Shown here piece after piece: positions 47,388-56,685 of a DNA stretch of 64,000 bases. Source of the stretch: an uncultured delta proteobacterium (GTDB taxonomy: Bacteria > Desulfobacterota > Binatia > Binatales > Binataceae); assembly GCA_963801665.1 (NCBI GenBank), contig CAWDFL010000003.1, positions 88,901 to 152,900 of the forward strand, written 5' to 3'. The notes under the pieces are model-generated. The model ran no database searches, was not told the origin of the DNA, and saw only the letters and a list, made by a program, of their open reading frames with translations. The number at the start of each line of letters is the position of its first letter. The stretch's first letter is position 1. The translations under genes and the position numbers were made by a program.

Positions 47388-49913
47388 ATGAATAGGTTGC
47401 CATTATCAATGATCACAGAAATTCCTGTGCTCATCGCGGGCGGCGGGCCGGTCGGCGTCACGCTCAGCATGGATCTCGCGCTGCGCGGGATTAAAAGCAT
47501 CGTGCTCGAGAGGCGCCGGCAGATCCCGCCGAACCCGCGATGCAACACCACCAATGCGCGCTCGATGGAAATCTTCCGGCGCCTCGGATGCGCCGACGCC
47601 GTGCGCGCCGCCGGACTGCCTCCCGACTACAATACCGACGTCATCTATATGACCAGCCTCGCCGGCCATGAACTGACGCGCTACCGCCGCGCAACTCCGG
47701 CCGATTACAAAAGAGGAACCGCCAAAGGTATCGCCTCGGATTGGCCGACTCCCGAGCCGCAGCATTTTATCTCGCAGCTCTATGTCGAACCGGTCCTGCG
47801 CAAGCACGCGGTCGAGGCGCACGGCGTCGATCTGCGCGAGGGATGGGAATACGTCTCGATGACGCAGGACGCGGCCGGTGTCACCGCCACAGCGCGCGAA
47901 GTCGAAACCGGCGCGGAGACTACGTTTCACGCGCAGTACCTGGTCGGCGCCGACGGCTCCAACAGCATCGTGCGCCGCGATATCGGCGCGCGGCTGGAAG
48001 GAATCCCCGAGCTTGGCCGCAACTGCTCGACCTTCGTGCGCTCGCCGGACATCAAGAAGCTGTGCGCCAGGATGCCCGGATGGATGTATCGCGCGGCCGG
48101 CGGCGGCGTGCTGATCGCGATCGACGGCGAAGATCTTTGGCTGCTGCATACCAATGTTCCGCACGGCGAGGATTTGGCGACGTTCGATCCTGAGCCGGCG
48201 ATGTTCCGGATGGTCGGCCAGCCGTTCAAATACGAAATCGTCGGCCAGGCGCGATGGATTCCTCGCGCGATGGTCGCGAACAAATTTCGCGAGCGCCGAG
48301 TTTTCCTCGCGGGGGACGCGGCGCATATCTGGATTCCGATGGGAGGGTTCGGCATGAACGCCGGAGTTGCCGACGCAATCGCGGTCGGCTGGCGTATCGC
48401 GGGCGTCGCGCAGGGATGGCTCGATCCGAAAATTCTCGACAGCTACGAGATCGAGCGCGCGCCGATTGGCGAGAAGGTCGCCTCACAGGCGGTCAAATGG
48501 ATGCACGCGCTCGCGGCGGTAAGCAGGGAGAGCGCCGAACGTCTGGCGGAGCTCGAAGCGAGCGAGACGGCGCGAACGGAATTTGGCCGGAGGATCTGGG
48601 AGCTGACGGTCAACGAATTTGATTGCCCCGGCTTCCAGCTCGGCTACTACTACGCCAACTCGCCGGTTATCGATCAGGATGGAACCGAGCCGCCGCCGTT
48701 CTCGGTCGAGAAGTATGTCGAGACTTCATGGCCCGGCGTTCGCCTGCCGCATATCTGGCTCGCGGCCGGCAAATCGATCTTCGATCAGCTCGGCCCGGCG
48801 TTCACTCTCTTGCGCGTCGGAGCGCATCCGCCGAACGGGAGTGCGCTCGTCGCGGCCGCGGAATCGCGCCGTATCCCGTTGACTGTCCTAGACGTTCCTG
48901 AAGCTGAAGCGATCAAGAAATATGAGGGGTATGGTCTGGTGCTGGTGCGTCCCGATCAACACGTCGCATGGCGCTCGAAGGAAGAGCCCTCGAATCCGCA
49001 CGCGATCCTCGATCGCGTAACCGGCGTGCTGATGCCGGAGCGAAAAGTCGAGGTGGCTGTCGCCGAGCGGATCGCCGGCGGCTTCCTTTTCGGCGAAGGG
49101 CTCCGCGCGATCGGCGACCGCCTGATCTTCTCCGACATGATCGGGCGCAAGGTCCTCGAGTTCGATGCGAAGACATCGAGCTTGAAGACGCTGTTCGAAA
49201 TACCGCAGCAGCCCAACGGCTTGGGCGTCCTGCCCGATGGCCGTCTCGTCATCACCTCGATGTTCGACGCCAAGCTCTACGTGACCAACGGGCGGACGCT
49301 CGAAGAGTACGCCGACCTCAGCTCGATCGTTACGGGCTACCTGGGCGATGTCGTCGTGGACGCGCAAGGTCGCCTGTATGTCGACGATATCGGACCGCGC
49401 GTCTTCCACGGTGAGACTCCGGACGAAAAGAAAGGAAGGCTGATTCGCGTCGACGGTCCGGGCCGCGTGAAAGTCGTGCTGGAGAATCTGCTGTTTCCCA
49501 ACGGTCTGGTTATTTCGCCTGACGGCCAGATGCTGTACCTCGCCGAGACGATGACCGGACGGATCGTGCAATGCCGAATCTCGCCCGACGGAGATCTCAG
49601 CGAGCCTCGGCCGTTCGCACAACTCACTGGCGACGGCATGGCCGGCGATCGCGCCGGCGGCGTCTGGGCCTGCTGCCCAGTGGGAGACGAAGGCGTCGTG
49701 CGTTACGATTCCGCGGGCCGCGTGACGGCGCGTGTCGTCACACCCGGCGGCCAACCGGTCGCGTGCGCATTAGCAGGCGCAAATCACGATGAGCTCTGGA
49801 TCGTCGGCTTCGAGACGCTCCCCGCCGGCGCCAATCTCTTCGACGCGATGCGCCAGCGCGAGACCAAAGGCCTCCTCTGGCGCGCCAAGCTGCCGCCGCA
49901 CGCTCCGGTCTGA
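47388..49913 (+). CDS. fusion protein: FAD-dependent aromatic-ring monooxygenase (PheA/TfdB-like) + C-terminal SMP-30/gluconolactonase/LRE-like domain
   Basis: N-terminus IAGGGPVGVTLSMDLALRG (GxGxxG), DG motif YLVGADGSNSIVRR, GD motif FLAGDAAHIW. C-terminal about 300 aa carries SGL repeats (NGLGVLPDGRLVIT, NGLVISPDGQMLYLAET). Confidence 0.85.
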   Translation: MNRLPLSMITEIPVLIAGGGPVGVTLSMDLALRGIKSIVLERRRQIPPNPRCNTTNARSMEIFRRLGCADAVRAAGLPPDYNTDVIYMTSLAGHELTRYRRATPADYKRGTAKGIASDWPTPEPQHFISQLYVEPVLRKHAVEAHGVDLREGWEYVSMTQDAAGVTATAREVETGAETTFHAQYLVGADGSNSIVRRDIGARLEGIPELGRNCSTFVRSPDIKKLCARMPGWMYRAAGGGVLIAIDGEDLWLLHTNVPHGEDLATFDPEPAMFRMVGQPFKYEIVGQARWIPRAMVANKFRERRVFLAGDAAHIWIPMGGFGMNAGVADAIAVGWRIAGVAQGWLDPKILDSYEIERAPIGEKVASQAVKWMHALAAVSRESAERLAELEASETARTEFGRRIWELTVNEFDCPGFQLGYYYANSPVIDQDGTEPPPFSVEKYVETSWPGVRLPHIWLAAGKSIFDQLGPAFTLLRVGAHPPNGSALVAAAESRRIPLTVLDVPEAEAIKKYEGYGLVLVRPDQHVAWRSKEEPSNPHAILDRVTGVLMPERKVEVAVAERIAGGFLFGEGLRAIGDRLIFSDMIGRKVLEFDAKTSSLKTLFEIPQQPNGLGVLPDGRLVITSMFDAKLYVTNGRTLEEYADLSSIVTGYLGDVVVDAQGRLYVDDIGPRVFHGETPDEKKGRLIRVDGPGRVKVVLENLLFPNGLVISPDGQMLYLAETMTGRIVQCRISPDGDLSEPRPFAQLTGDGMAGDRAGGVWACCPVGDEGVVRYDSAGRVTARVVTPGGQPVACALAGANHDELWIVGFETLPAGANLFDAMRQRETKGLLWRAKLPPHAPV

Positions 49914-49944
49914 TCCCATGCAGATACCATCTTCGTGGCTGAGT

Positions 49945-50149
49945 CTGCCGATAAACAGCGAGTCCTCGTTCGTCATCCTGAACGCAGGCTGCCCCTTCGG
50001 CGTTGCTCAGGGCAGGCTCCGTGAAGGATCTCCGCGAAGCGATTAGTGCGCAAAGCCCGGATTGGTTGCACTAATCGCTTCGCGGAGATCCTTCGCCCAC
50101 GGCTCAGGATGACACCAGCGGCGGGTTTGCGAGAAAATCGACACCCTCT
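49945..50149. mobile_element. MITE-like element (family copy 7)
   Basis: ctgccGATAAAcagcgagtcctcgttcGTCATCCTgaacg...27-bp perfect stem GAAGGATCTCCGCGAAGCGATTAGTGC/GCACTAATCGCTTCGCGGAGATCCTTC...cggctcAGGATGACaccagcggcgggtttgcgagaaAATCGACAccc. Confidence 0.75.
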
Positions 50150-50312
50150 TCTGGGCGAGGGATCAGACGGCGGGCGAGGTTCTGCTCTGCGATTTCTCTG
50201 CACGTACAAATGACGCTTCACGTCCGCCGGCGGCGGCCGTCTTCCCTCGGCGGCGATTTCGCCGGTCGATTTCGCTTGTCCGAATTCGTTCATCGGGCTA
50301 ACTATTCTGCCT

Positions 50313-51188
50313 ATGGATATCGGAAAAGTTGGAATGTGGTTCTTCCTCGACGCGATGAGCGCGCCCGACAGCGCCGAGTTCGCGAAGAAGGTCGAAAAAG
50401 CCGGCTACAAGACGCTCTGGATTCCGGAAGCGATCGGACGCGAGCCCTTCGCGCACGCCTCCTACCTGCTCGACCATACCGAGCGGCTCAATATCGCGAC
50501 GGGCATCGCGAATATCTGGGCGCGCGACGCGATCACGATGTCGGCGGCGTCGAAGACCGTAGCCGAGCTGTCGGGTAATCGCTTCATGCTCGGAATCGGC
50601 GTCAGCCACAAGCCCCTGGTCAGCAATCTGCGCGGCCATAACTATGACAAGCCCTACAGCTTCATGAAGGAATATCTGCCGAAGATGAAGACCGCGCTGT
50701 ACGGCGCTCCGAAGCCGTCGGAAGAAGTGCCGGTCGTGATTGCGGCGCTGCATCCGAAGATGCTCGCGCTCGCGGCGGCCGAGACGAACGGCACCCACAC
50801 CTACTTCGTGCCGCCGGAGCATACCGCGAAGGCGCGCGCCGCGATTGGCCCCAAGCCGATGATCTGCGCCGCGCAGGCGGTAATCCTCGAAACCGATGCG
50901 ACGAAGGCGCGCGCCGCAGCGCGCGGCTACATGAAGACCTATGTCCCGCGCCTGCCCAACTACACCAATAATCTGAAAGCGCTCGGATGGGCCGACTCCG
51001 AGTTTGAGAACGGATGCAGCGACAAGCTGGTCGACGCGATCGTGGCGTGGGGCACCGAGGACAAGATCCGCGACCGAATCAACGCGCATCTGAAGGCCGG
51101 AGCGACGCACGTATGTATCCTGCCGATTCGCTCGGATAATCCTCTGCTGCCCGACCTGCGCGCGGTCGAAGCCTTCGGTCCCAAGTAA
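50313..51188 (+). CDS. LLM-class F420-dependent oxidoreductase (luciferase-like)
   Basis: About 290 aa TIM-barrel LLM pattern (LGIGVSHKPLVSNLRGHNYDKPYSFMKEYL). Confidence 0.85.
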   Translation: MDIGKVGMWFFLDAMSAPDSAEFAKKVEKAGYKTLWIPEAIGREPFAHASYLLDHTERLNIATGIANIWARDAITMSAASKTVAELSGNRFMLGIGVSHKPLVSNLRGHNYDKPYSFMKEYLPKMKTALYGAPKPSEEVPVVIAALHPKMLALAAAETNGTHTYFVPPEHTAKARAAIGPKPMICAAQAVILETDATKARAAARGYMKTYVPRLPNYTNNLKALGWADSEFENGCSDKLVDAIVAWGTEDKIRDRINAHLKAGATHVCILPIRSDNPLLPDLRAVEAFGPK

Positions 51189-51194
51189 TCGGTA

Positions 51195-51665
51195 TTGATG
51201 ATGATGATTCGCACGCACAAATTCAGCATCGTCGCGGCGATGGCCGCGCTGACGCTCGCGCTCTCCGGATGTTTCATGACCGGGCAGGAGAAGCAGGCCG
51301 AAGACGCCGAGGCCGCCGCCTCGAAGGCGCAGGAATCGGCCGCACGCGCCGAGGATGCGGCCGCAAAAGCGCTCGACGCCGCCCAGAAAGCAACGGTCGC
51401 GGCCGATCAGGCAACGGCAGCCGTACAGGAGGCGACCAAGGCTCTCGATCGCGCTTCCGATCGGCTCGAGCAGCTAAGGCAGTTTGAAGACCGGCAGAAG
51501 GCCGCGCGCCATACGCATCATCATCTGGCCAAGTCCAAGAAGACCGCGCCAGTCGAAAGTGCCGCCGCGACTCCCGGCGCGGGAGCGTCTCCCGCCGCTG
51601 ATCCTGCGCCGTCCACCGCCGCCGCGGCGCCGTCCGCCTCGACTTCCGCGCCGCCCGCGAATTAG
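51195..51665 (+). CDS. lipoprotein with alanine-rich coiled-coil
   Basis: Signal peptide plus lipobox LALSGC. AEDAEAAASKAQESAARAEDAAAKALDAAQKA heptad-like Ala-rich region. Pro/Ala/Ser tail. Confidence 0.6.
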   Translation: MMMMIRTHKFSIVAAMAALTLALSGCFMTGQEKQAEDAEAAASKAQESAARAEDAAAKALDAAQKATVAADQATAAVQEATKALDRASDRLEQLRQFEDRQKAARHTHHHLAKSKKTAPVESAAATPGAGASPAADPAPSTAAAAPSASTSAPPAN

Positions 51666-51743
51666 TCCGCGCAAGAACCGGGCGATCCGTCTAGAATCTA
51701 TCCTGCCGAGGCGCTCGTCCGCGCGCCAGGCGGAGACTCGCAA

Positions 51744-52748
51744 GTGCCTGAACCCATTCCCGTAAAATCCGAGGCCCAAGTCCGCGGCGAGCTGATCGCG
51801 CCGCCGACTCGGCGCCACGCATGGATCAATATCGTCGGACCGTTGTGCGCGATCTTTATCGGCGTCGCCGGAGCCGCGATCTACCTGAAGCCGATCGGCA
51901 CGCTTCGATGGATCCAGCAGACGCGGCTTGCATGGTCCGGCGTCACGGAAAACGAAATCGCGCTCGACGACGGCCTGATGACGTACTACATCACCGGCGG
52001 CTACTGGGATCAGGATCCGGTGGTGATGGTTCATGGGCTCGGCCCCAACGCGGCGCTCGTCTGGCGCGGCGTGATGAGCCCGATCGCGGAGGCGCACTAC
52101 AAGGTTGTCGCGCCCAACCTGTTCGGCTTCGCGGGATCGGAACATAAGCAGATCGATTACTCGATCGCGTACCAGGCCGGCGCGCTCGCGCAACTGATCG
52201 ACAAGCTGAAGCTCGAACATATCAACCTGGTCGGCTCCGACTTGGGCGCCGACGTCGCGCTCTACTACGCCGTCGAGCATCCGGACAAGGTCGAGCGGTT
52301 GATTCTCGTCTCAGGCGGGATGTTCGGCGCGGCGGGCGCGGCGCGCCTGCGCAAGGGGATGCTTCCGACGACGCCCGACGCGGTCGGGAATTATATCGCG
52401 CAAAGCTTTTTCGATTTGCCCCCGATGCCCGATTTCATGAACCAGCGGATGCTCGCGGCGCTCGCCGACGACATGCCCGCGCAAACCGACATGCTGAATT
52501 CGGTGCCGAAAGACGAAGCGCATATCAGATCGAAGATCGGGCAGATCTTCAACACGCTGACTATCATCTTGTGGGGCGCGAAAAATCCCTACTACACGAC
52601 CCACGACGCCGAGGCGCTGCACGCCGCCCTGCCCGGCTCCGCGACGGTCGTTTTCAAAACCTCGGGACCGTTTCCGCAACTCGAGCATCCCGACGACTTC
52701 TCCGAGTCGGTGATCTTCATCGTCAAGCAGACCGAAGGCGGCACCTGA
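51744..52748 (+). CDS. alpha/beta hydrolase with Asp nucleophile (epoxide-hydrolase/dehalogenase-like)
   Basis: HGLGP oxyanion region (VVMVHGLGPNA). Nucleophile elbow LVGSDLGA (Sm-x-D-x-Sm). N-terminal TM/anchor helix. Confidence 0.8.
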   Translation: MPEPIPVKSEAQVRGELIAPPTRRHAWINIVGPLCAIFIGVAGAAIYLKPIGTLRWIQQTRLAWSGVTENEIALDDGLMTYYITGGYWDQDPVVMVHGLGPNAALVWRGVMSPIAEAHYKVVAPNLFGFAGSEHKQIDYSIAYQAGALAQLIDKLKLEHINLVGSDLGADVALYYAVEHPDKVERLILVSGGMFGAAGAARLRKGMLPTTPDAVGNYIAQSFFDLPPMPDFMNQRMLAALADDMPAQTDMLNSVPKDEAHIRSKIGQIFNTLTIILWGAKNPYYTTHDAEALHAALPGSATVVFKTSGPFPQLEHPDDFSESVIFIVKQTEGGT

Positions 52749-52827
52749 TCGCGGCTGCGAACACGGTGGCTTGCACCGGCGCTTTGGCTCTGCGATAAGC
52801 GGCTTTGCATACAAGGAGCGGAACCCG

Positions 52828-53478
52828 ATGAAGCTCTACAACTTGGACCTTTCCAACTACGCGACCAAATGTCGCATCGCGATCTACGATAAGGGCCTGC
52901 CGATCGAGATGGCGCCGGTGCCGAACAACGACATGAAGTCGCCCGAATATTTAAAGATCAATCCGCTGGGCAAAGTCCCCACGCTCGACGCCGACGGCCT
53001 GATAATCGCGGAAAGCGAGGTGATCAACGAATATCTCGAGGACAAGTTTCCGGTTCCTGCGCTGCTGCCCAAAACGCCCGAGGGCCGCGCGCGCGTGCGT
53101 GCGTTCACGCGCTTTCACGATCTGTATCTCGAACCTCCGCTGCGCGTGCTGTTCGGGCAGATGAACCCCAAGACGCGCGACGACAAAATCGTCAACGAAA
53201 ATCTGAGCGACGTGAACTTGCGCCTCGATCAGCTCGACAAGATGCTCGCCGACGGCGGCTTCGCGTGCGGCGCGGATTTCACGCTGGCCGATTGCGCGCT
53301 TGCGCCGACGATCTTCTTCACGGTGAATCTGCTCGGGATGTTCGGCGCCAAGCCTCCGCTCGAAGGACGCCCGAAGGTCGCCGCATGGTGGACGCACGTG
53401 CAGACTCGTCCGTCGGTGAAAAAAGCGCTCGGCGAAATGACCGAAGCGCTAGCCGCAATGAACCGCGCCGCCCGCTGA
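52828..53478 (+). CDS. glutathione S-transferase
   Basis: AAGGAG RBS then ATG at 52828. MKLYNLDLSNYATKCRIAIYDKGL...KVPTLDADGLIIAESEVINEYL. Confidence 0.85.
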   Translation: MKLYNLDLSNYATKCRIAIYDKGLPIEMAPVPNNDMKSPEYLKINPLGKVPTLDADGLIIAESEVINEYLEDKFPVPALLPKTPEGRARVRAFTRFHDLYLEPPLRVLFGQMNPKTRDDKIVNENLSDVNLRLDQLDKMLADGGFACGADFTLADCALAPTIFFTVNLLGMFGAKPPLEGRPKVAAWWTHVQTRPSVKKALGEMTEALAAMNRAAR

Positions 53479-53555
53479 TCGCGCCAGAGCTCCAACACGC
53501 GCCCGCAGTGTTCCATGAGCGCTTTCTCGTTATGGCATAGCATGCCATAATCTAT

Positions 53556-53849
53556 ATGCCGCCGGTCATCCTTGAGGCGCGGGACGTCATTGGTGGCGGG
53601 CGCTATCTGCAAGAAGTCCGAATCTCGAAATTCCCGCCGAGTGCCGATTCCCTGCAGGGAATCCGCTACTCTCTGTGCCTGATCGACCTTGAGAGCGGCG
53701 AGGTGATTCTGTTGTACGACGTTCATCGAGGAAAGGCTCATCATCGGCACTTGCGCGGCACGGAGGCCGCGTATGAATTCGTGGACGAGGGCAAGCTGCT
53801 CGATGATTTCTTTCGCGACGTGGCTCTCATTCTGGAGGGAGCGCTATGA
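53556..53849 (+). CDS. small hypothetical protein, first gene of a two-gene cassette
   Basis: 97 aa. The stop overlaps the start of the downstream wHTH gene (ATGA at 53846-53849). Confidence 0.5.
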   Translation: MPPVILEARDVIGGGRYLQEVRISKFPPSADSLQGIRYSLCLIDLESGEVILLYDVHRGKAHHRHLRGTEAAYEFVDEGKLLDDFFRDVALILEGAL

Positions 53850-54247
53850 GCGCACGCACACTTAATATCGGTATCCGCAGTGGGGTCGAGCGATCTAAGG
53901 CACTGCGCGAAGCATTGCGGCGGGTCGCGGCCGGTGACCACAGGCCGCAACGGCCGGAGCTTTACTTCGAGACCGTCGATGAGCTTCGGCGGATCCTGAC
54001 CGATAAACGCTTGGAGCTATTGTTGGCGATTGCTCGGCATCACCCGGCGTCGATCCATGAACTTGCCGGTTTGGTGAAGCGCGATTACAAGAACGTCAGC
54101 ACGGATGTCACTCTGCTTGGGCGACTCGGGATCGTCACGATTAAATCTCGAGTCGGCAAGGGAAGAGCACAAGCGCCGACCGTGCCCTACGACGAGATCC
54201 GCCTGACTATCGATCTGCGCCGGCCGCGTCCCGCCCGCGCGGCGTGA
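53846..54247 (+). CDS. winged-HTH DNA-binding protein (MarR/ArsR-like), second gene of the cassette
   Basis: LELLLAIARHHPASIHELAGLVKRDYKNVSTDVTLLGRLGIVTI: HTH plus wing. 133 aa. Confidence 0.6.
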   Translation: MSARTLNIGIRSGVERSKALREALRRVAAGDHRPQRPELYFETVDELRRILTDKRLELLLAIARHHPASIHELAGLVKRDYKNVSTDVTLLGRLGIVTIKSRVGKGRAQAPTVPYDEIRLTIDLRRPRPARAA

Positions 54248-54255
54248 GCGGTTGC

Positions 54256-54775
54256 CTACCAGGGCAGGCCGCACAGATCGATCGGACCGCTCGGCCATTC
54301 CCGTGTCGTGAGTTTCAGAACCATCGTGTCTTGCGGATAGGTGACGACTCCTGAGGGCTGCCAGAATCGGGTCGGTCCATCGACGTGTATCCATCCGGCC
54401 TTTTCGTAGACCGGCGCGACTTTGCGCTGGCAGATCAAGACTCCGAATTCCGCGCCGAGCTTCGTGCGCATCAGGTCTTCGGCAGCCCGCAGCGTCGCGG
54501 TGGCGACTCCGCGCTTGCCGTATTCAGGCTTCGTGACGACGTTGCCGATTCCCGCAACTCGGACGCGCTCATCTGCAGCGGTCATCTCGCGTGACGACCT
54601 TCAGGCTGCCGGCGAGAAGTCCCTCGATGCGCGCGGTCGCAAACCACTCGGCCTGCGCCCACTCATACGCGATGCGGCCGAAGACCTCGTCGGTCCAGCG
54701 TTTGAGCTCGGCCTTTAAGTCCGGATCGATCTCGTTCGCGCTCTCGATGCGGACTTCGATCGCGTCTGCTCCCAT
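54256..54775 (-). pseudogene. GNAT-family N-acetyltransferase split by an apparent frameshift
   Basis: N-part (54569..54775) ...RIEGLLAGSLKVVTRD and C-part (54256..54585) ...VRVAGIGNVVTKPEYGKRGVATATL (GNAT motif A) lie in adjacent frames overlapping by about 17 nt. Combined about 175 aa, a typical GNAT size. Confidence 0.5.
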
Positions 54776-54778
54776 CGG

Positions 54779-55726
54779 TTATTCTTTGTGTTTGGTAATC
54801 TTGTCGATCGCGGCGAGATCGTCGGGCGTCATCGTCCAGCCGCACGCCTTGATATTCTCGCTGACCTGCTCGGGCTTGGTCGCGCCGGAGATCACGCTCG
54901 AGACCTCCGGCTGCGCCACCAGCCAGCTCGTCGCGAGATCGACCATCGAGTGCCCGGCGCCGCGCGCGTGCTGTTCGAGTTTTTCCAGCACGTCGAAGTT
55001 CGCATCGGACAGTATCTGCCCCATCCGCGAGCCCATCACGCCGAGGCGCGTGTCCTTCGGCGGTTCCTGGCCGCGGCGATATTTGCCGGTCAGGAATCCG
55101 CTCGCGAGCGGAAAGTAAGGCAGAATCCCGACGCCGAAATGACGGCACGCCGGAATCAGCTCGCGCTCGATCCGTCGGTCGAGCAGGTTGTATTGGTTCT
55201 GCGCCGAGATGTACGGCGCGAGCTCCTGCGCGTGCGAGATCCACGCCGCCTCCGCAACCTGCCATCCGGCGAAATTGCTCGAACCGATATAGCGGACCTT
55301 GCCCGCGCGCACGATCGCGTCGAGCGCCGACAGCGTTTCCTCCTGCGGCGTCGGCGGATCGGGCGCGTGAATCTGGTAGAGATCGATATAATCGGTCCCC
55401 AGGCGCTTGAGGCTCGCCTCGACCGCGGCCATGATGTACCTGCGCGAGCCGCCTTTCTGATACGGTCCGTCGCCCATCGCCATCCCGAACTTGCTCGCGA
55501 CGATTACCTCGTGGCGGCGGCTTCCGAGCGCCTTGCCCAGCATCTCCTCCGACTTGCCGCGTCCGCCGTAGATGTCGGCGGTGTCGAACAGCGTGATGCC
55601 TTCGTCGAGGGCGCGGCCCACGACCGCGCGAGTCTGCTCGGCGTCGATCCGCATGCCGAAGTTGTTGCATCCGAGTCCCGCGATCGAAACCTGCAAGCCC
55701 GAATTACCAAGTCTTCTGTATTCCAT
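54779..55726 (-). CDS. aldo/keto reductase
   Basis: MEYRRLGNSGLQVS...LFDTADIYG...catalytic Tyr/Lys context, IGSSNF. Start taken at internal Met. Confidence 0.9.
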   Translation of the reverse strand: MEYRRLGNSGLQVSIAGLGCNNFGMRIDAEQTRAVVGRALDEGITLFDTADIYGGRGKSEEMLGKALGSRRHEVIVASKFGMAMGDGPYQKGGSRRYIMAAVEASLKRLGTDYIDLYQIHAPDPPTPQEETLSALDAIVRAGKVRYIGSSNFAGWQVAEAAWISHAQELAPYISAQNQYNLLDRRIERELIPACRHFGVGILPYFPLASGFLTGKYRRGQEPPKDTRLGVMGSRMGQILSDANFDVLEKLEQHARGAGHSMVDLATSWLVAQPEVSSVISGATKPEQVSENIKACGWTMTPDDLAAIDKITKHKE

Positions 55727-55826
55727 GCCTGATAATGTTTCGCCGCACCGCCCGCGGTCAATCGGCACGCGACGAGCGCCGCTTGCGCACGCCCGTGTCC
55801 GGTCGTATCGTCGCCGGCAGACTACG

Positions 55827-56645
55827 ATGACTGCGACGTCGGCGAATACCGCATCACCCGCTGAGCTGATCGATCTCGAGCGCTATCCGATTCTCGATCT
55901 CGCCAGCGCTCGGGCGCGCGAGCTTGCCCGCGATTGCCGCGATCAGCTCGATCGCACCGGCGCGTGCGAGCTGCCCGGTTTTATCAAGCCCGACGCGGTC
56001 GCAGTCCTCGTACGCGAGGCCGACGAGCTTGCGCGCGAGGCCTATCACAGCGTCGTTACGGGCACCGCTTATCTCGAAGCGCCGGCGGCGTCGTGGCCCG
56101 CGGACCATCCGCGGCGTCATTTCGATAAGACCTCGGTCGGCGTGGTCGCTTACGATCAGTTTCCGCTCCACTCTCCGATGCGCCGGCTGTTCGAGTTCGA
56201 GCCGCTGATGGAATTTATCGCGGCGGCGATCGGCAAGGACAAGCTCTACCGCTACGCCGACCCGATGGGCGCGCTCAACCTTGCCGTGATGGGCGACGGC
56301 GAGCGGCTGCATTGGCATTACGATCAGACTGACTTCGTCACCTCGATCGCGCTGCGTCCAGCCGAATCCGGCGGCGACTTCGAATACGTGCCGCTCATCC
56401 GCAGCGCGAGCGACGAAAATTATCCGCGCGTCAAACGCCTGTTCGACGGAGATCCGGAAGGCGTCGTGCGCGTGCCGATGAATCCGGGAACGCTCCTGCT
56501 GTTCGAGGGCCGCAACTCGATTCATCGCGTGACGCCGATTCGCGGCGCGACCACGCGCCTAGTCGCGCTGCTCGCGTACGACACCAGGCCCGACACGCGC
56601 AGCAGCAAGACGCTGCAGATGGCCCGCTATGGGCGGACCGCCTAA
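55827..56645 (+). CDS. putative Fe(II)/2-oxoglutarate-dependent oxygenase-like protein
   Basis: HWHYD (HxD) facial-triad candidate, distal His in NSIHRV and RxS-like in the C-terminus. Assignment tentative. Confidence 0.5.
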   Translation: MTATSANTASPAELIDLERYPILDLASARARELARDCRDQLDRTGACELPGFIKPDAVAVLVREADELAREAYHSVVTGTAYLEAPAASWPADHPRRHFDKTSVGVVAYDQFPLHSPMRRLFEFEPLMEFIAAAIGKDKLYRYADPMGALNLAVMGDGERLHWHYDQTDFVTSIALRPAESGGDFEYVPLIRSASDENYPRVKRLFDGDPEGVVRVPMNPGTLLLFEGRNSIHRVTPIRGATTRLVALLAYDTRPDTRSSKTLQMARYGRTA

Positions 56646-56685
56646 GCGAGCGCGCAGAATCAAATCACGCTCGCGGAATGCGCGC

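Noticed and set aside
50298-51218. 306-aa minus-strand ORF antisense to the F420-type LLM oxidoreductase
   Set aside because: Arg-rich low-complexity translation that overlaps a well-supported gene on the other strand.
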